Part shown: piece after piece, positions 13,501 to 27,413 of the stretch | How the letters are laid out: every line of letters starts with the position of its first letter | Numbering within the stretch: the stretch's first letter is position 1 | Source of the DNA: Protoeuglena noctilucae | Taxonomy: Eukaryota | Assembly (NCBI GenBank): GCA_958009085.1 | Contig: OY253672.1 | Coordinates: 1,550,001 to 1,614,000, forward strand | Direction: 5' to 3' | DNA length: 64,000 nucleotides | Notes under the pieces: model-generated | Seen by the model: the letters and a program-made list of their open reading frames with translations, nothing else | Database searches by the model: none | Told to the model about the DNA's origin: nothing | Program-made: the position numbers and the translations under genes

Positions 13501-16500
13501 GGCTCGGATGGTGTTGTACAAGTCGACTGTGGCAGCCACCACCGACCCCGCCATGGCCTGCACCCCGTCGGGGAACTTGGAGGCCAGGAAGGCCCCGACG
13601 ATGGCGTTGTAGATGGCGCTGACGGACTCGTTGCTCATCTCGACGAAGGACAGGAAGCTGAAGTGGCGCAGGAAGCGCGGGGTGACCGGGTTGCGCCCGC
13701 CGCCGGGGGGCCCCATCGACCCCACGAACTGCACGTTGACGATCTTGCGGAAGGTGAAGGGCGGCTTGCGCTCGTACCACCCCTCGTGGTCCATCCACTG
13801 CCGCAGGAGCTCGATCGGCGGCTGCGCGCCGTACTTCTCGCGCTGGGGCATGTTGAGGTCGTCCACCAGCACCGCGTACCGGCGGCCCTGGGGCGGCCCG
13901 CAGTAGAGCACGCCGCCGACCTTGCGCAGCTTGTCCACCTTGGAGTCGATAAGGTCCTGGGTCTGGTTGGCGGACGTGCGGGCTGAGAACGTCACAAACT
14001 GCGGGTCCCAGCCGTCCGGGAGGTGCTGGAGCTTCTGCGTGACCGTGACCGTCTTTCCCGTGCCCGTCTCGCCCACGCAGAGCACGTTGCGATGGATGCC
14101 CATGAGCTTGCCGAGCACGAAGGTGTTTGCCACAGAGTCGGGCGTGGGCACGATGATGTCGTTGAAGGGCATGTCCGGGTTGCACCGGAACTCGGAAATC
14201 GTCTTCATCCACGGGCGCCACGTCAGCGAGTCCTCGTCGAGGCTCCAGTCGAAGACCGGGCGTTCCTCGGGGAACCGCGAGGCCGCGGGGAGGCTGGGGA
14301 TCTCCGACGATGCCTCGTCCAGGAGCTGGCGGAACTTGAGGTCGAAGGCGGATCGGGAGGGCCCGTCGATGGACGCCCCGACGGACCAGACGATGGAGAG
14401 GAGGAAGAGAGCGGGCACGACCACGTCGAGCCGGGCCGCGTCCTCGTCCGACTGAGGGTCGATGCCCTCGGTGCGCTTGTGCCTCTCGCTCATCGCCGTC
14501 ATGTTGGCGAAGAGCGACGCGCACAGGTTGTGGTCCTCCGTGGCCACCGTCTCCCGGCAGCTGCGCCGCACGAAGTCGATGAGGGGCGGCACCAGGGCGC
14601 GGAACAGCGCCTGCATCGTGGGCTTGTACTTGTTGAACCCGGACGCGAGGGACGCGAGCCAGCTCACGAAGAGCGGCTCCATGCCCAGCGCCTTGGCCTC
14701 CAGGTACACCATGCCGCACCGCGACACGGTGGCGGGCGACGCCTCCTCCAAATTGTCGACCTCGAACATCATCGTCATCTCGTCCGTCAGCGGGATGGTG
14801 GCCCCCGACACGAGGCAGAGCTTCTTGTTGTCGTCAAGCACCGTATTCATGTCCTCGATCCACTCGGCGTCGACCGGGCCGTCGAACATGATCCACTTCC
14901 GGTCGGGCGTGCTCGTCTCGGCGAACTCCCGCATGTAGTGCGCGAGGACGCCGTCCGTCCACTCGCGCGTGTTCTTGTCGAACTCCCCGTACAGCTGCCC
15001 GGCCAGGATGCTCTTGGGGTTGAGGCACATGTACTCGACCTTCGGCGCGTCCTTGTGCTCGGCCGCCAGCAGGTTCATCGCTTTGGCCAGCACCTTGTAG
15101 CAGCACGTCTTGCCGCCCATGGTGGGCCCCACGATCATGAGGCCGTGCCGCACGAGGGTCGTCTCGTACAGCTGGATGGTCTTGAACAGGAAGCTGTCGG
15201 TCGGCTGGATGGCCATGAGCCCGCACGCCTTGTGCAGCGCGCCCAGGAGACGCGCGTAGTCGGCCTCGGGCTTCTTGACCCCCGGGAACAGGTCGCTGAT
15301 GATGCCCTCGAACAGCGGGAGGTCATGGGCGAGAAACTTGGGCACGTTGATGTCCCGCAGCCCGCGGAGCACGAGCGTCTCCTCGCTCTCGTCGGGAAAC
15401 TGACCCTTGAGGTTCCCGGCCGCCGTGATGACCGATTTGACCGCCCGCATTCCGTAATCGTAGTGCTTCTGGGACGACAGCTGCTCCGAGCACAGCTTGA
15501 ACGTCGCCACCATCTTCTTGGACAGCACCTTGGCGTTGCGGTAGCCGGAGGAGTAGAGGGAGATCTCCGCGATGAGTGCGTAGTCGGGCACCATCATGGC
15601 GCAGGGCCGGAACAGCGCCTTGAGGTTGTCCGGCAGCTCGGACCGCCCCGCGTATCCCGGGTTCATCGTGATGAACACCGCGCAGTTGGGGTTCATGTTG
15701 AGCTCCGTCTCCTCGAAGACGAACCGCTTGTCCTGGCGCTGGATGGCCCGCTGGATCGTGTCGATCTGTGTCGCCACCACCGACAGCACCTCGGGGTCGA
15801 GCCGATTGAACTCGTCGAAGCACGCCCATGCGCCGGACGACGCCAGGCCCTTGAAGAACTTGGCCAGCTGCATGTGGTCCAGGCTGTCGCTGCAGTTGAA
15901 CACCACGCACTTCTTCGCCAGCGCCTTGGCCAGGTCCTTGGTCGTCTCGGTCTTGCCCGTACCGGCGGGGCCCGCGGGGGCGCCGCCCAGGTTCTGGTGC
16001 ATCGCGGACATCAGCGTCATGTAGCACCTGTGGGGAGAACGAAGCAACTGCGGTCGGTGGGCGGCAGGCGGAGAGCGAGAGCGAGAGCGAGAGCGAGAGC
16101 GAGAGGGAGCGTGCGAGAGCGGGAGCGAGAGCAGGAGCGTGTGAGAGCGGGAGCGTGTGAGAGCGAGAGCGAGAGCGAGAGCGAGAGCGAGAGCGAGAGC
16201 GAGAGCGAGAGCGAGAGCGAGAGCGAGAGCGTGGCATGCACGACATGCGGACTTTCTCCCCCCGCATGTGCTAACGGAGTCCGCAGTCGACAAATCTAAA
16301 CGCAGGCAGCTGGCCACTCGCCTGTCGGTGAGTGGCGTGATGACGAGCCGTGGCGTGTTGCCCAGGTACTCGTATCCGTACTCGCGTGAGGCCTGCACCA
16401 TGTCGACAAAGACGTCGTCGCGCCAGTAGTAGCGGAGCTGGGAGATCCACTCGAAATCGTTGATGGACATCACGGAGGCCGCCATGAGGCCCTCCACGAC

Positions 16501-19500
16501 GTCGCGGGCGTGCACGTCGATCGTGATGAGCGCACCCAGCGTCATACGCTGCAGCTTCTCCAGGGGACCCCGGACCAGGTCCGTGAGGTCCATCAGCTCG
16601 GCCGTGGACTGCTCCACGTACCCCTTGATGTTGTCCGCGTCAATCGCCTGCTCGACCTGCGCCGGGAAAGGAGGAAGACGCTCGCATACGCTCGCACAGG
16701 CGCGTCGCTGGCGCGCCCGTCTGGCGCCTGTCTGCGGCTCCAGGTCTCACCTGCTTGGACCAGAAGATGCCGGCGACGCAGAGGACCGTCATTCCCGGCC
16801 ACTTGCGCACCCAGTCGATGCGCGGCGTGGCCTGGTAGTCCGCGATGGCTGCCAGGGTCTGCTCGCGCACCGATTCGAACATGCACTCCTCGACCTTGCA
16901 CAGCCACGTCTCCACGTTGCCCTCGGGGTACATGCTCGTCTTGAATTCCACGTACTCGCCCTCTTTCGAGTGCATCCCGACGATCTCCATGTCGTCCTGG
17001 AATTCGAGCTCGTTGATCGCCTCGAAGCACTTGCTGAGGTGGTCCTGCACCGCCAGCGGGTTGCGCGTCTGCGACAATATCTGCAGAATGTCGCCGTCCG
17101 ACAGGAAGAAGAACCGCGCGAAGGCCAGGCGCTTGGTCTCGAGGTAGTCGGTGAGGCCCTTCTGCACCGTCTCCAGCTGGCGGTTGGCGTCCACGAAAAG
17201 CTCCAGCTGCGTCTTGTTCGTGCACACGGTGAGCATGTGCGGGTGGCCCTTAGCCTCGGAGAGAGCGCGGCGCCAGAGGCGGTCCACCTGGGGCGACGCA
17301 GGGCGCAGGTGGCAGCGGTCAGAGCGGGGTGGCAGCGGTGAGTGCAGCACGCAGGCGGGGCTCACTGAGGAACGCGGCGGTCCGACCGCATGCCTCGCTG
17401 CGAACCGCAGCGCTCGCGAACGCGCCGCGGCCCAGCCGAGCCTCCCCGTGCACCATACATGTCAATGCGGCCCTGCCGAGCGTCTGCACACCAGCATGGT
17501 ACCACTGCAGCCACGTGGCCTCACCTGCATGAACTTCTTGGCCTCGACGGGCAGCTGCTCCTGGATGTCCTCCGAGGAGAAGATGGGCTGCAGGTACATC
17601 CACTGCCGCTGCAGCTGGATCCACGCGTCGACCATCTCCGACACGAGGTTGAGCTGCCGCTCCCAGTCGACGATCTCCGCCTCGAAGGGGGCCTTGAACT
17701 GGCTGAATGACATGGACTGCGTCATGACGATGTGGTCGTCCAGCTGCTGCGTGACGGCCTCCTCCACCTTGATGATGAAGGTGCCGGACTCGCCGTAGTC
17801 AAGCACGTTGAGGTCCACGTGCTCCCACTCGCCCTTCATCTTGGCCAGCGCCTGCTCGATCGAGAACTCCTTCGCCGCGCGGTCCGCCACCTTGCCCAGC
17901 ATCTCGATGTGCTCCAGCAGGCCCATCGACGCCGCCTTGGCCAGCGTGAAGTCCGCGTCGGGCTCGAAGTGGTAGCCCAGGGCCTCGGAGACCATCTCCC
18001 AATGCCGCTCCTTCATCCCCGGCATGCGCAGCGCGTGGATCAGTGGCACGTAGCGCTTGAACTCCTCGGCAAACGCCTTGCGCTGCTCGGCCAGGGACGC
18101 CTGCTCGTGGAGGCCCCGCTGCGCGAAGACGCGCCCCGTCTTGTGGAAGGTCTTGAAGGCGTTCGTCACGTCCGCCTCCACCTGGTCCGGCACCAGCTGC
18201 TCCCACGACCCCTCCATCCACGCCTTGTGCCGGTCGGCCAGGTCCGCAGCCGTGTGCCAGAACTGGTAGAACGGCTCGAACTGGTCCGCAATCTTGCGAA
18301 TCATCGAGTAGTCGTGCTGCTCCAGCTCGAACAGCACCTCGCGCGAGTTGAAGAGCTGCGCGTCCGCCTCGGCCTGCTTCAGGTTCTTCTGCAGCTCCGA
18401 CACCTCCCGGTCCATGTCCTCCAGCTTGGCCATGTCCGCCTTGGTGTTTAATGCGAACACCTGCGCGAGGCGGGGGCGCGGGGGCGGCGAGTGAGACCGG
18501 GACGCAGCGCAGCGGGCCGCAGCATGGCGCAGCGTGGGCCACCGGACCGGCCACGCGCCATCCGCGCGGCCGCGAGCGCTTTAAGCCTCTCGCCTGGTTC
18601 TCGAGGCTCGTCAGCAGCCCGGAGAACTCCTCCTGCTCCTGCACCATCGCGTCCTTGTACCGCGCCTCGTCCTCGTTGAGCGTCTCGAGCGTCTCGTCCA
18701 CGATGCCCTTTAGGCGCACCGGCCAGTGCAGCGCGTTGTAGCGGACTTTAGAGTCCTCGTCGCGCATGCGGTACCTGCGGGCGGCAGGGGCGGGGAGCGT
18801 CTCATGCCACGGGTCGCGCGCACACTTCACGCCCCCTTTGCTCAATCAGGCACCGTGCACGGCCTGGCCCGCACCTGAGGTCCTCCAGGGCCTGGTACCA
18901 CTCCTGGCTGGCCTCCATAGACGCGGCGAGCTCCGCGACCTTGACCGGGAGGTCGTCGATGTACTTGCGCATCTTGGCCACGTCCTCCACGCACGTGGTG
19001 GCCACCTTGAGCTGGCGGTTGATGGACTCGAACCCTTTGGTGGCCTCGAACATCATCTTTCGCGGCACCTGGGCCACGAGGTCCTTGAGGTGCTGCAGCA
19101 GGCGCAGGCGCACGTCCACGACCAGGTCGCGCACGCGCTTGGTGGACACACGGGCAAAGCCAATGGTGATGGCGGCGGGGAGCGTCTGGCTGGCGGACGT
19201 GTACTGCGCCTCGGCCTTGGCAATGTGCTCCAGCACCGTCTGCAGGCTCATCGTCTCGGAGCTCTCCACGGACTTGACGAAGGCGTCGATGTCGAGGGCG
19301 ATGGCCGGGGCGTGCTCGGCGTAGCAGGCGAGGTACGCCCGCAGCGGCGCGAGCGCCCGGGTGACGGCGGCGTGGAGCCGCTCCCGCATGGCCACGATGT
19401 GCGGCTCGGCCATGTGGGGGGCACTGAAGTTGAGCACCTGGCTCCAGAAAATCTGCGTCATGATCTGGGGCTCCAGCTGCTGGATGCCCGACACGGTCGA

Positions 19501-22475
19501 GATGGCCTGGTCGAAGATGCCCAGGAACACGGGTTCGATCTGCGACGGCGGGCAAGTAGGACCTTGGTAAACAGCAACGGCAACGGCGACAACCTGGGAA
19601 GTTTGTTGGGTCTTGTCAAGCTGGCAGCGGCAACACCTGGGGCTCATGACGTGACAAGCTTGCAACGGCGGGGCGCACCTCGTTGAGGTCGGTGCTGTAC
19701 TGGAAACCCGTTTTGGTCTGGTTGATTTCGAGCTCGAGCGTGAGAATGGGCGACCGGTAGTGCTTGGGCGTGGAGGAGGGGAACTCGCACGTGACGGCGT
19801 CGGTGCCCAGCACGCGCACGTCGGCCGAGCACACCATCTCCACGAAGGACACGAGCTGCTCCAGGGACTGCTCGACCAGCGTGCGGATCACATCCTGCAT
19901 CATGACGCGCGTCAGCGTCAGGAACTTCTTGAGCTTGCTGAACTCGTACGTGTCGCGGTTGGTCTCCTCAAAATGGAACCAGCCCTTGCCGATGGCCATG
20001 AAGTTGCTCCTGCGGCGGAGGGAGTTTGCAAGAGTGAGCCCAGCGCCCCAGTGACAGGCGGGGCCGCGCCTGCGTGGCAGGCAGCCGGGCCGTGGCTGGC
20101 CGTGTCACTTGATGATGTTCTTGATCTTGGTGCACCAGGTGTCCTTGAGCTGCGTGGACATCTTGACGCACTCTTGGTCCTGCGCCTGCTGCAGCTCGTC
20201 CAGGCGCACGGCCTTGTTGAGCGCTGCCATATTGAACATGCCCTGCTTGACCATCAAACTGTTCTCCCGGCGGATCTCCGACAGAGCCTTGATGACCTCG
20301 TCCGTCGTCAGGAGCGAGTTGAAGCAAAAGTCGCTGTAGCGGTCGCCGAAGTCGTAGCGCGGCACGTGCACTGCGGGACAGGGGGCGACGAGGCTCGCAT
20401 CGCGCGAGGGCCCACGCAGGGACACGGCCCAGGGGAACGGCGCAGCGCGGACGGAGCGAGGCGGCGCGCGGTCCCTCACCGCAGCCTCGCAAGGGCGCGG
20501 GGCGCACGTGGCGCGCGGGCAGGGCGACGGGGAGCGGGACCAACATGGACAGGTCCACGAAGCCCCCCCTCGCGAGCGTCCTCAGCCCCCCCGCCTGCGC
20601 CGCCGCCGCCTCCATGACCAGCCGGTTCATGGCCGTCTTGAAGTCCTGCTCGACCTCCCTCAGCAGCCGCCGCTGCGTCTCCTCCTCGGTCTTTTCCCGC
20701 AGCCGGCGCGTGGACAGCGCCTGGTCCAGCACGCGCGCGAGCACGTCCTCCCCCGGGCCCGGCGCGTCATCCAGGGGCATGCAGTCGACGCAGAGGTTGG
20801 CGAGGAGGGCGTCCTCGGTCGCGGCGCGCTCCGAGTGCGCGGCCGCCAGGCGCGCCACGTACACCTCCGGGTCCTCCGCCCCAAAGCAGAGGCTCACGCG
20901 GGGCACGCTGCGGATCTCCCCCGACCGCGCCATCTCCACCGTGTACAGCGCCGCGCGGGGGTCGTAACCCAGCACCGCGCACGGCGTCACCTCCATGCGC
21001 CCCTCGGGCGACAGCTCCACCACCCTGGCAGGGGCGGCGGGCATCCCCGAGTGCGGCGCGACCCAGCCCTCCGGATCGCGCGTCTCGTACGACAGGTCGT
21101 CGAAGTCCTCCAGTTGCAGCGCGCGCCCCAGGTACCGCCGCTTGGGCAGTCCGCTGCGGCTCAGCAGGTCGTGGACGTCCTTGGACTCGTAGAGCCGCTT
21201 CTTGCGTTGGATCTTCACCTCCCTCGGCGCCTCTCCCGCAGGAGTCTGCGAGAATGCGGCGACGCGGTGCCTGGCGCGGGGTGGCGCGGCGGCGGGCGGA
21301 GGCATGCCGGACGTGGCGCGGGCCCACCTGGAACTGCGCCATGACCCTCGGAAGGAGATACTCCAGCTCAGGCGGGGATTCTTCCAATATTGTCTCTTCC
21401 TCGGACGCCCTCTCCCCGTTCCCGAGCGCACCCTGCGCGCCCGGAAGGGCCTGGTCGCGTGCCATTGCCACGCCGAAAGCGCTCGCGCTGCCCGCGCGGC
21501 GCACGCAGGCGGCGAAGAGACTCGCAAATCCAATACCATCACGAGGGCGCGCGGGAGCTGCAGGACCGAGCATTGGTGGCGCGGGAAACGACATCCAGCA
21601 CCGACATGGCGAGCGGGCAGACCGTCCTGTCCCAAGCGAGCCGAGGGGTGCCGGGGCCGCTGGCCCCCATGCGGCCAGCTCCGGCGTTATGTGAGAACAC
21701 CAGGAATCCAGCGGAAGGTCCTCCTGTGCCTCCCGGAGCCCCACGCACCTCGACGTTTTCGGCATTCCTCGCCCGCCCGAACCGGGCCTTGGGCCGGGGT
21801 GCCACCCCCACCACCATGATCCCCACGAGTTCAAATCAGCAGCGCAACCCCGCCAGCCTGTGGAACGCGGGCGCTAGTGCAGGGGGACCTGCGCACACGC
21901 GGCTGTGCAGAAGATGTCCCGTCCTGCGCTATGACATGGGGCCCACCAGAAACCCCAGCATGACACAATGCGATTTCTCGGGACGCAAGCGGCCGCTCGT
22001 GGACGCGTCGCAGGTTTACTGGGACTCCGCCCGACCGGACTCAGTGCCCGACTGGGGGGCATGCATGTGAAAGTCACGGGCGACCGGGCGGTGCGGTCAA
22101 AGGCGCAGCGCGCGACAGCGCTCACACCAGCTGCTCAAATTTTTCACGGTTTGTGCAGGACTGTGGGGAGCCGACGCGCGCAGGCGGACACGAGCCGACT
22201 TGCGTAGATATTTCGGAAATTGCCGTACGTGCAGGCCCTAGTAGTACCCTACAGGTCTCGCTGGCTGCCAAAGAAGTCCCGAAGCGACCGGATGGCCCAG
22301 GCAGAGACAGCGGCGTCTGGCTCGCGCGAGAACTCCTTCCCCTGGGACGAGAAGCAAGGTGGGGAGCTCCGCGGGGGGGAAAGAGCCCCGCCTTTTCGGC
22401 CCCGGGCGAGTAGAGGCCCCCTGCGGCCCCGGGCGCGGTCCCTGGTCCCCCCAGCCCCGCGTCGGCATCTCCCAT
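7581..22475 (-). CDS. Axonemal dynein heavy chain, inner-arm single-headed type (DNAH1/DHC2-like); 5' end approximate
   Basis: P-loops GPAGTGKT, GPTMGGKT, GETGTGKT and GVGGSGRQ; motifs CFDEFNR, HYDYGMRA, RWPLMIDPQGQA and WVCLQNCHL; C-terminus CPVYKT...GHSTNFV...GVALFCALAF*. The N-terminal PREVKIQRKKRLY resembles the DNAH1 class. One 6.47-kb exon (9558-16027). Confidence 0.95.
16071..16230 (+). repeat. (GAGAGC)n hexanucleotide microsatellite inside a dynein intron (16028-16321)
   Basis: Directly visible tandem GAGAGC units. It produces the spurious ALALAL/SRSRSR segment in the long ORF. Confidence 0.95.
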
Positions 22476-23136
22476 CACGGCCTCGACCGTCCTGCGCCTG
22501 CAGGGACCGCGGCGATCGACGCAAGTCCCCCTGTGGACCCCGCGCCGGCCAACAGTCCGCCTCAGCATTCGGCCCTCCGCCCGGCCAGGTGAGGCTGCAG
22601 TTTCCGGGAAGGCGGTTGCCTGCGGCTTGCTGGCGACACTCTCCGCGCGCACGCGGCGGCGGGGCGCGCGGTGGGGCGTCGCGGTCGCGGGGCCATGTCG
22701 GGGGCCGCCGGCGACGGCGAGGATCTCCCCCTCTCCACCGCCCGCGGCTCTGATTTCCTCTCGAAAACGCACAGCGGCGGCGCGCGGGCGCACTTTGGCC
22801 CCGCGGCGACGCCCGTCCTTGCGGCGTTGCTGGTAGCACGCCCCCCGGCCGCGGAAGGCCCACTTTCGGCTTCTCCTGCTTGTTTTGGGCCGCTGTCGCC
22901 GCTCCTTCGCCTCCGCGCCGTGCGCGCGGAGGCACGCGCACGGCGCGGCTGCGGCGCGCTCCCGGTGCGCCGGTCCGCCGCAAACGTGACGTTTGCGTGG
23001 ACCACGACGCTTTTGCGTGCCCGGCAAGCGGCACCCGATGCCCCAGACGCCGCGGCCATCCCCACGGCACGGCCTGCTGGTAGGCGCGTGATGTCATCAG
23101 CCACTCGCCCCCCTCGGCCGCAGCTTCGAGCAGAAG

Positions 23137-25471
23137 ATGAAGAGCGAGTCCGGTCATGAGGCGGCCGCCGAGGTCTCCGTGGTGGCCAACGGGGCGCCCA
23201 CCGAGCCCCCCGCGGCTGACGGGGAGGACAAGGTGCGGCGCGGCGCCCTTCCGCCACGCCGTGCCGCCGCGCGCGAGGCGGGCGAGCCCCCCGACGCCCC
23301 GCCTCTCCCCGATCGCGCGCAGGGCCAGGGCAGCCCCATCACGGGGTGGGTCAAGTTCCCGGCGGACGACCGGCGCGACGTGCGCCCCTTCCTGGAGGCC
23401 CTCTCCACGTGCCAGATCCAGAACGTGGCGCGCGAGCTCGACCGCATGGGCCTCCTGAGCGACCTCAACCAGCAGTTCCTCTTCACGGCGCCCCCCGGGT
23501 CCCGTCTGGCCCAGGAGCAGCGCGGGGCCGCCGTGCACCGCACCACCCTCATGCTCGCGGCCTTCTACGGCGCCCCCGAGGTCGTCACGCTCCTCATCCA
23601 GTGCGGCGCCGACCCCAACCTCGCGTCCCCGGACGACGGCTTCACCGCCCTCCACTGCGGGTGCTGCTCCGAGGCCGCCCGGGCCGCCCTCGCCGTCGCC
23701 TTCCTCACCCAGAACGGGGCGCGCGAGGACGTCCGCAGCCACGACGGCCTTAAACCCAACGACCTGCTGCCCGCGACGGTCCGCGGCGCCGTCCCCGACC
23801 CCCTGCGCCCCGACGTCCGGGCCGCCCTGCGCCTTGCCAAGCCCGGGGCCGACGCCACCCCCCGCGTGGCGCCCGCGGGGGACGAGACGGCGCCCAACGA
23901 CCCCATCCCGCTCGGCACCGGCGGCTCCCAGAGCCCCGCCCCGGCCGCCAACGCCTCGGACGACGCCGACCCGAACGAGGTCGCCTCGCTCAGCGACCCC
24001 CAGGCGAGGCGGGGGGCCGTGCCATCGCGCGGGGGTCACCCTGCCCGCCCCCCTTCCCCCGCGCCCCGCCCCTCACCTTCTCCTTGGCTGTCGTTTCCAT
24101 CCCTGCAGTTCCAGACGGATGACTTCCGCATCTACCGCTTCAAGGTGGAGATGTGCCCCTACACCAAGGTGCACGACTGGACCAAGTGCCCCTTCACGCA
24201 CCCGGGGGAGAAGGCGCGCCGCCGCGACCCCCGCGCCGTGCCCTACAACGGCGTCGCCTGCCCCGACTTCCGCAAGGGCCTCTGCAAGCGCGGCGACGCC
24301 TGCCCCTACGCCCACGGCGTCTTCGAGTGCTGGCTCCACCCCACGCGCTATCGCGTCCAGATGTGCAAGGACGGGCCCAACTGCACGCGCAAGGTCTGCT
24401 TCTTCGCCCACAGGTGCGGCGCGGGCGCGGCGTCGATACAATCTAAGCGAGTGCGCTGACTGTCATGTCAGCCCTGGCTCCTCCCCAGCTCCTCCGGCCC
24501 CCGCGCGCGAGGCCTGCCGCCCCGCCCCTCCCGCAGCCCCGAGGAGCTTCGCACTCCCCCCGAGACGCCCCCGGACGCCACGTCCCTCCACGCCTCGCTC
24601 CTCGACGCGGCGGGCCTCGGCCGCCTGCAGCAGATGAGCGCCCTGGACCTCCTCAACTCGCTGGGCCGCCGCGCCGACGACGACGCGCTCCTCCTCCTCG
24701 CCAACCTCCACTTCCGGTGAGGGTTAGGGTGGCCCAGCACCAGGGCGCAGGCGCCAGGACCCAGAGCGCCACCCGCCTCACACCCACGCCCGCCCCGCTC
24801 CCCGGCCCCGCAGTAGTCAGCTGGGCGTGGGCGGCGTGCCGCACGCGTCCCTGATCGAGGCGGCACTCCGCCAGCAGGCGACCCAGCGCACCCTGGCGTC
24901 CCTGGGCCTGGCCCACCTCCTGGGCGGCCACCTGGGCCGAGGGCGCGGGGGCGCCGTGGCCGGGGGCCCCGTGGCCGGTCGCGGCGGAGGCCGCCTCGGC
25001 CCGGGCGCCGCCTCCGCCGCGCCGACGTCGGTCGGCCACGGCGTGCACCCCTCGCTGCTGGGGGCCCTGGGCTCCCAGCCCCTGGGCATAGGCAGCGGCC
25101 CCCTGTCGCACGCGGCCCTCCTCCAGCTCGTCAACGCGGCCAGCGGCGGCGTGGGCGCCGGCATGGGCGGCCCCCCCGGCTCCCGCCCCCCCACGAGCAT
25201 GGCGGGCAACATGGGCGCCCCCCACGGGTACATCCCCCACGACCCGCACGGCCACGGCGGGCAGATGTGGTCCGACACCTCGTCCGCCATGGGTGCCCGC
25301 GGGGAGGGCCAGGCGCACGCCCACGGCCTCTACGGCAGCCTGGGCGAGGCCCTGAGCCAGGCCGGCCTCACGGCCCTGACGGACGGGTCGGTGGACGAGG
25401 CGCACCTGGCGAGCATGATGGAGAGCCTCGCTCTCTACCCCGGGCAGGGCGGGGCGCCCAAGTACGGCTGA
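23137..25471 (+). CDS. Ankyrin-repeat tandem CCCH zinc-finger (plant RR-TZF/ANK-TZF type) RNA-binding protein
   Basis: Ankyrin repeats [10 protein letters not shown]...GADPN...GFTALHCGC. The TZF signature [11 protein letters not shown]...[20 protein letters not shown]...[30 protein letters not shown]...[22 protein letters not shown] is followed by a low-complexity G/A-rich tail. The start codon is uncertain. Confidence 0.92.
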
Positions 25472-27413
25472 GCCGGCCACGCCCCGCGCGGGGGGCCGAG
25501 GCGCGTGCTGCGTGACGCGCCGCCAGCCGCAGACGCTAGCCTCTCGGGAGGGGTGGGGTGAGCCCCCCCCTCCCGCCATTCCCATTGCCCCCCGTTGCGC
25601 GGGGCCCCGGTCGTCATCGACCTAGGCTCCATTCTTAGCCGCTTGCATCGCCTGTCCCGACGCGCCTGCCCGGACAGCACGTTGCGCGCCGAGCGGCGTG
25701 TCGGGCCCCCAGGTGCCCAATTCCCCCCCCTGCACCCCCCCCTCTGTCCCAGGCCCGCGAAGCACTCTCGGGCCCCCTTGCCTTGCCTCGCCTCGCCTCG
25801 CCTTGCCTCCCGCGGCACTCTGCCGCGGCCCATTCGCCCCAGGTTGACCCCAATGCTGCGGCGCGCGTGGCCTGGCCCGCGCTCCCGCGGCCGCCGGGGC
25901 GCCCGGGCCTTTCGCGCCTCGCCCCACGGTCCCCACCCCGGGTCCAGGGGCCCCCCCGTTGTGCCGGCCCCCGGCATCGTGACTTTGCCTCATGCGTCGC
26001 GGCAAGCTGTGCCCCGCCCGCGCCCCGTGGCCGGGCGACATCCCACCGCCTTTCGGACAGTACCTGCGCCGGGACGCCGGAGCCTCCGCCTCCCGCAGCC
26101 GCGTGCCCGGGGCGGTCAGCGCGCCCCGGGCCCAGACCCAGACCCCAGCGGACCAGCCGTGGCCCGCGCCCTCCCCGAGCAAGGCCCGTCGGGGGCGGGG
26201 AGGGGCGCCACCCCCGGCAGCTGTGCCAGGGTGTCCGTGCCGGGCGGCTCGATATGGCTGGCCCGTTCCGGTTATCTTCGCCCTGCAAGCGGTCGAGGCG
26301 AGCCTTTGCCTCGATCTTTGATCCTGTCCTGACTGCTTGCATTACTGATTATTGGGCGATTCCGTTGCCGCACTGCGATCCTTTGCTGCCGTTCCTCCGA
26401 CCGCATGCCACGCTTCGTGGCGTTACGGGAGGCCCTGACTGTCCATTTGTGTGGCGGCAGGGCCATCCCTCCAGCTGTGCCACAACACACAAATTGCCGG
26501 AGCAGCATGGAATGGCGTTACATCGTTCCTAGCTTTGAAGGGTGACATGGGCGATCCCCGCGGGCCCCGAGCGCTGCGAGCACCGATAGCATCGCCTGAA
26601 CAAGCACATGGTCCCTGGCCACCCCTGACGCCGGCATCGGGGCCTTGCCCGGGTTTTCTGGCAGCGGTCATACCCGACCTGATTCCGATCTGGGCGCCTT
26701 GGGCTCGCCGACCCGCCACGGCGGGCTGAGAACGGTTTTTCCTGTCAACGTGTGCCGCGTGTGGAGACGATGAACGCGTCCAGCGTCCTGCGGGCCAGCG
26801 TGCCCACCCGGTCCATTGTGAGGATTCGCTGCTCTCGCACCCGTGTCCTCGTGGATCGAGGTTTTCATCCTTGACCGCTTGGCCCGCGCTGCGACCGGGA
26901 GATGCGCCCGGCGCCGAGGAACCATCCTCGCCGATCTCGTGCAGCCGGATTGCGCGCTCTCCCTGCCCCACGGGCCGCGCTCGCGCGCTCGGCCGCCCCC
27001 TTAATCCATTCCGCTTCGGATTCGCCGGTCTTATCGCCCGCGTCGCGCTCACGCGCCCTGGTTCGCGGATGGGCCCATCGGGATGGGTGCACTGTTAGCG
27101 GCCGCCCGGGCGAGCCCCCCTCGCCGCGGTGCCCACGCCCAGCGCGATGTTTCGTCGAGGGGACCGCTCGTCCAGGGGTCGGGGCGGTCGGGCAGCCCCT
27201 GGCTCCTGGCCGGGCCTGGATTCGGGCTCGCAATCGGGCCAGCCCGCCTCCAGAGCGGCACCTTTCCGCGCGCTTCGGTTTCCACCGCCGACTTTCGATC
27301 GTTGCCGATGGCATTCGCATCGCGACGCACGCCGGCATCGCCTCGCGACGCGGGACGGGGGCAGCATGCCCCCAGCAGCTTTTGACCCGGATCGCCGACC
27401 GCCCCGCCCCGCG

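Noticed and set aside
7458..16299. Long + strand ORFs opposite dynein (e.g. 14023-16299, 12418-13986) and similar shadow ORFs elsewhere
   Set aside because: These are expected antisense shadows of high-GC3 coding sequence with no recognisable motifs.
26660..26740. TPP-riboswitch-like words (ATACCCG..ACCTGAT and a hairpin followed by CTGAGA)
   Set aside because: The elements are in the wrong order, P4/P5 is missing and there is no thiamine gene nearby.
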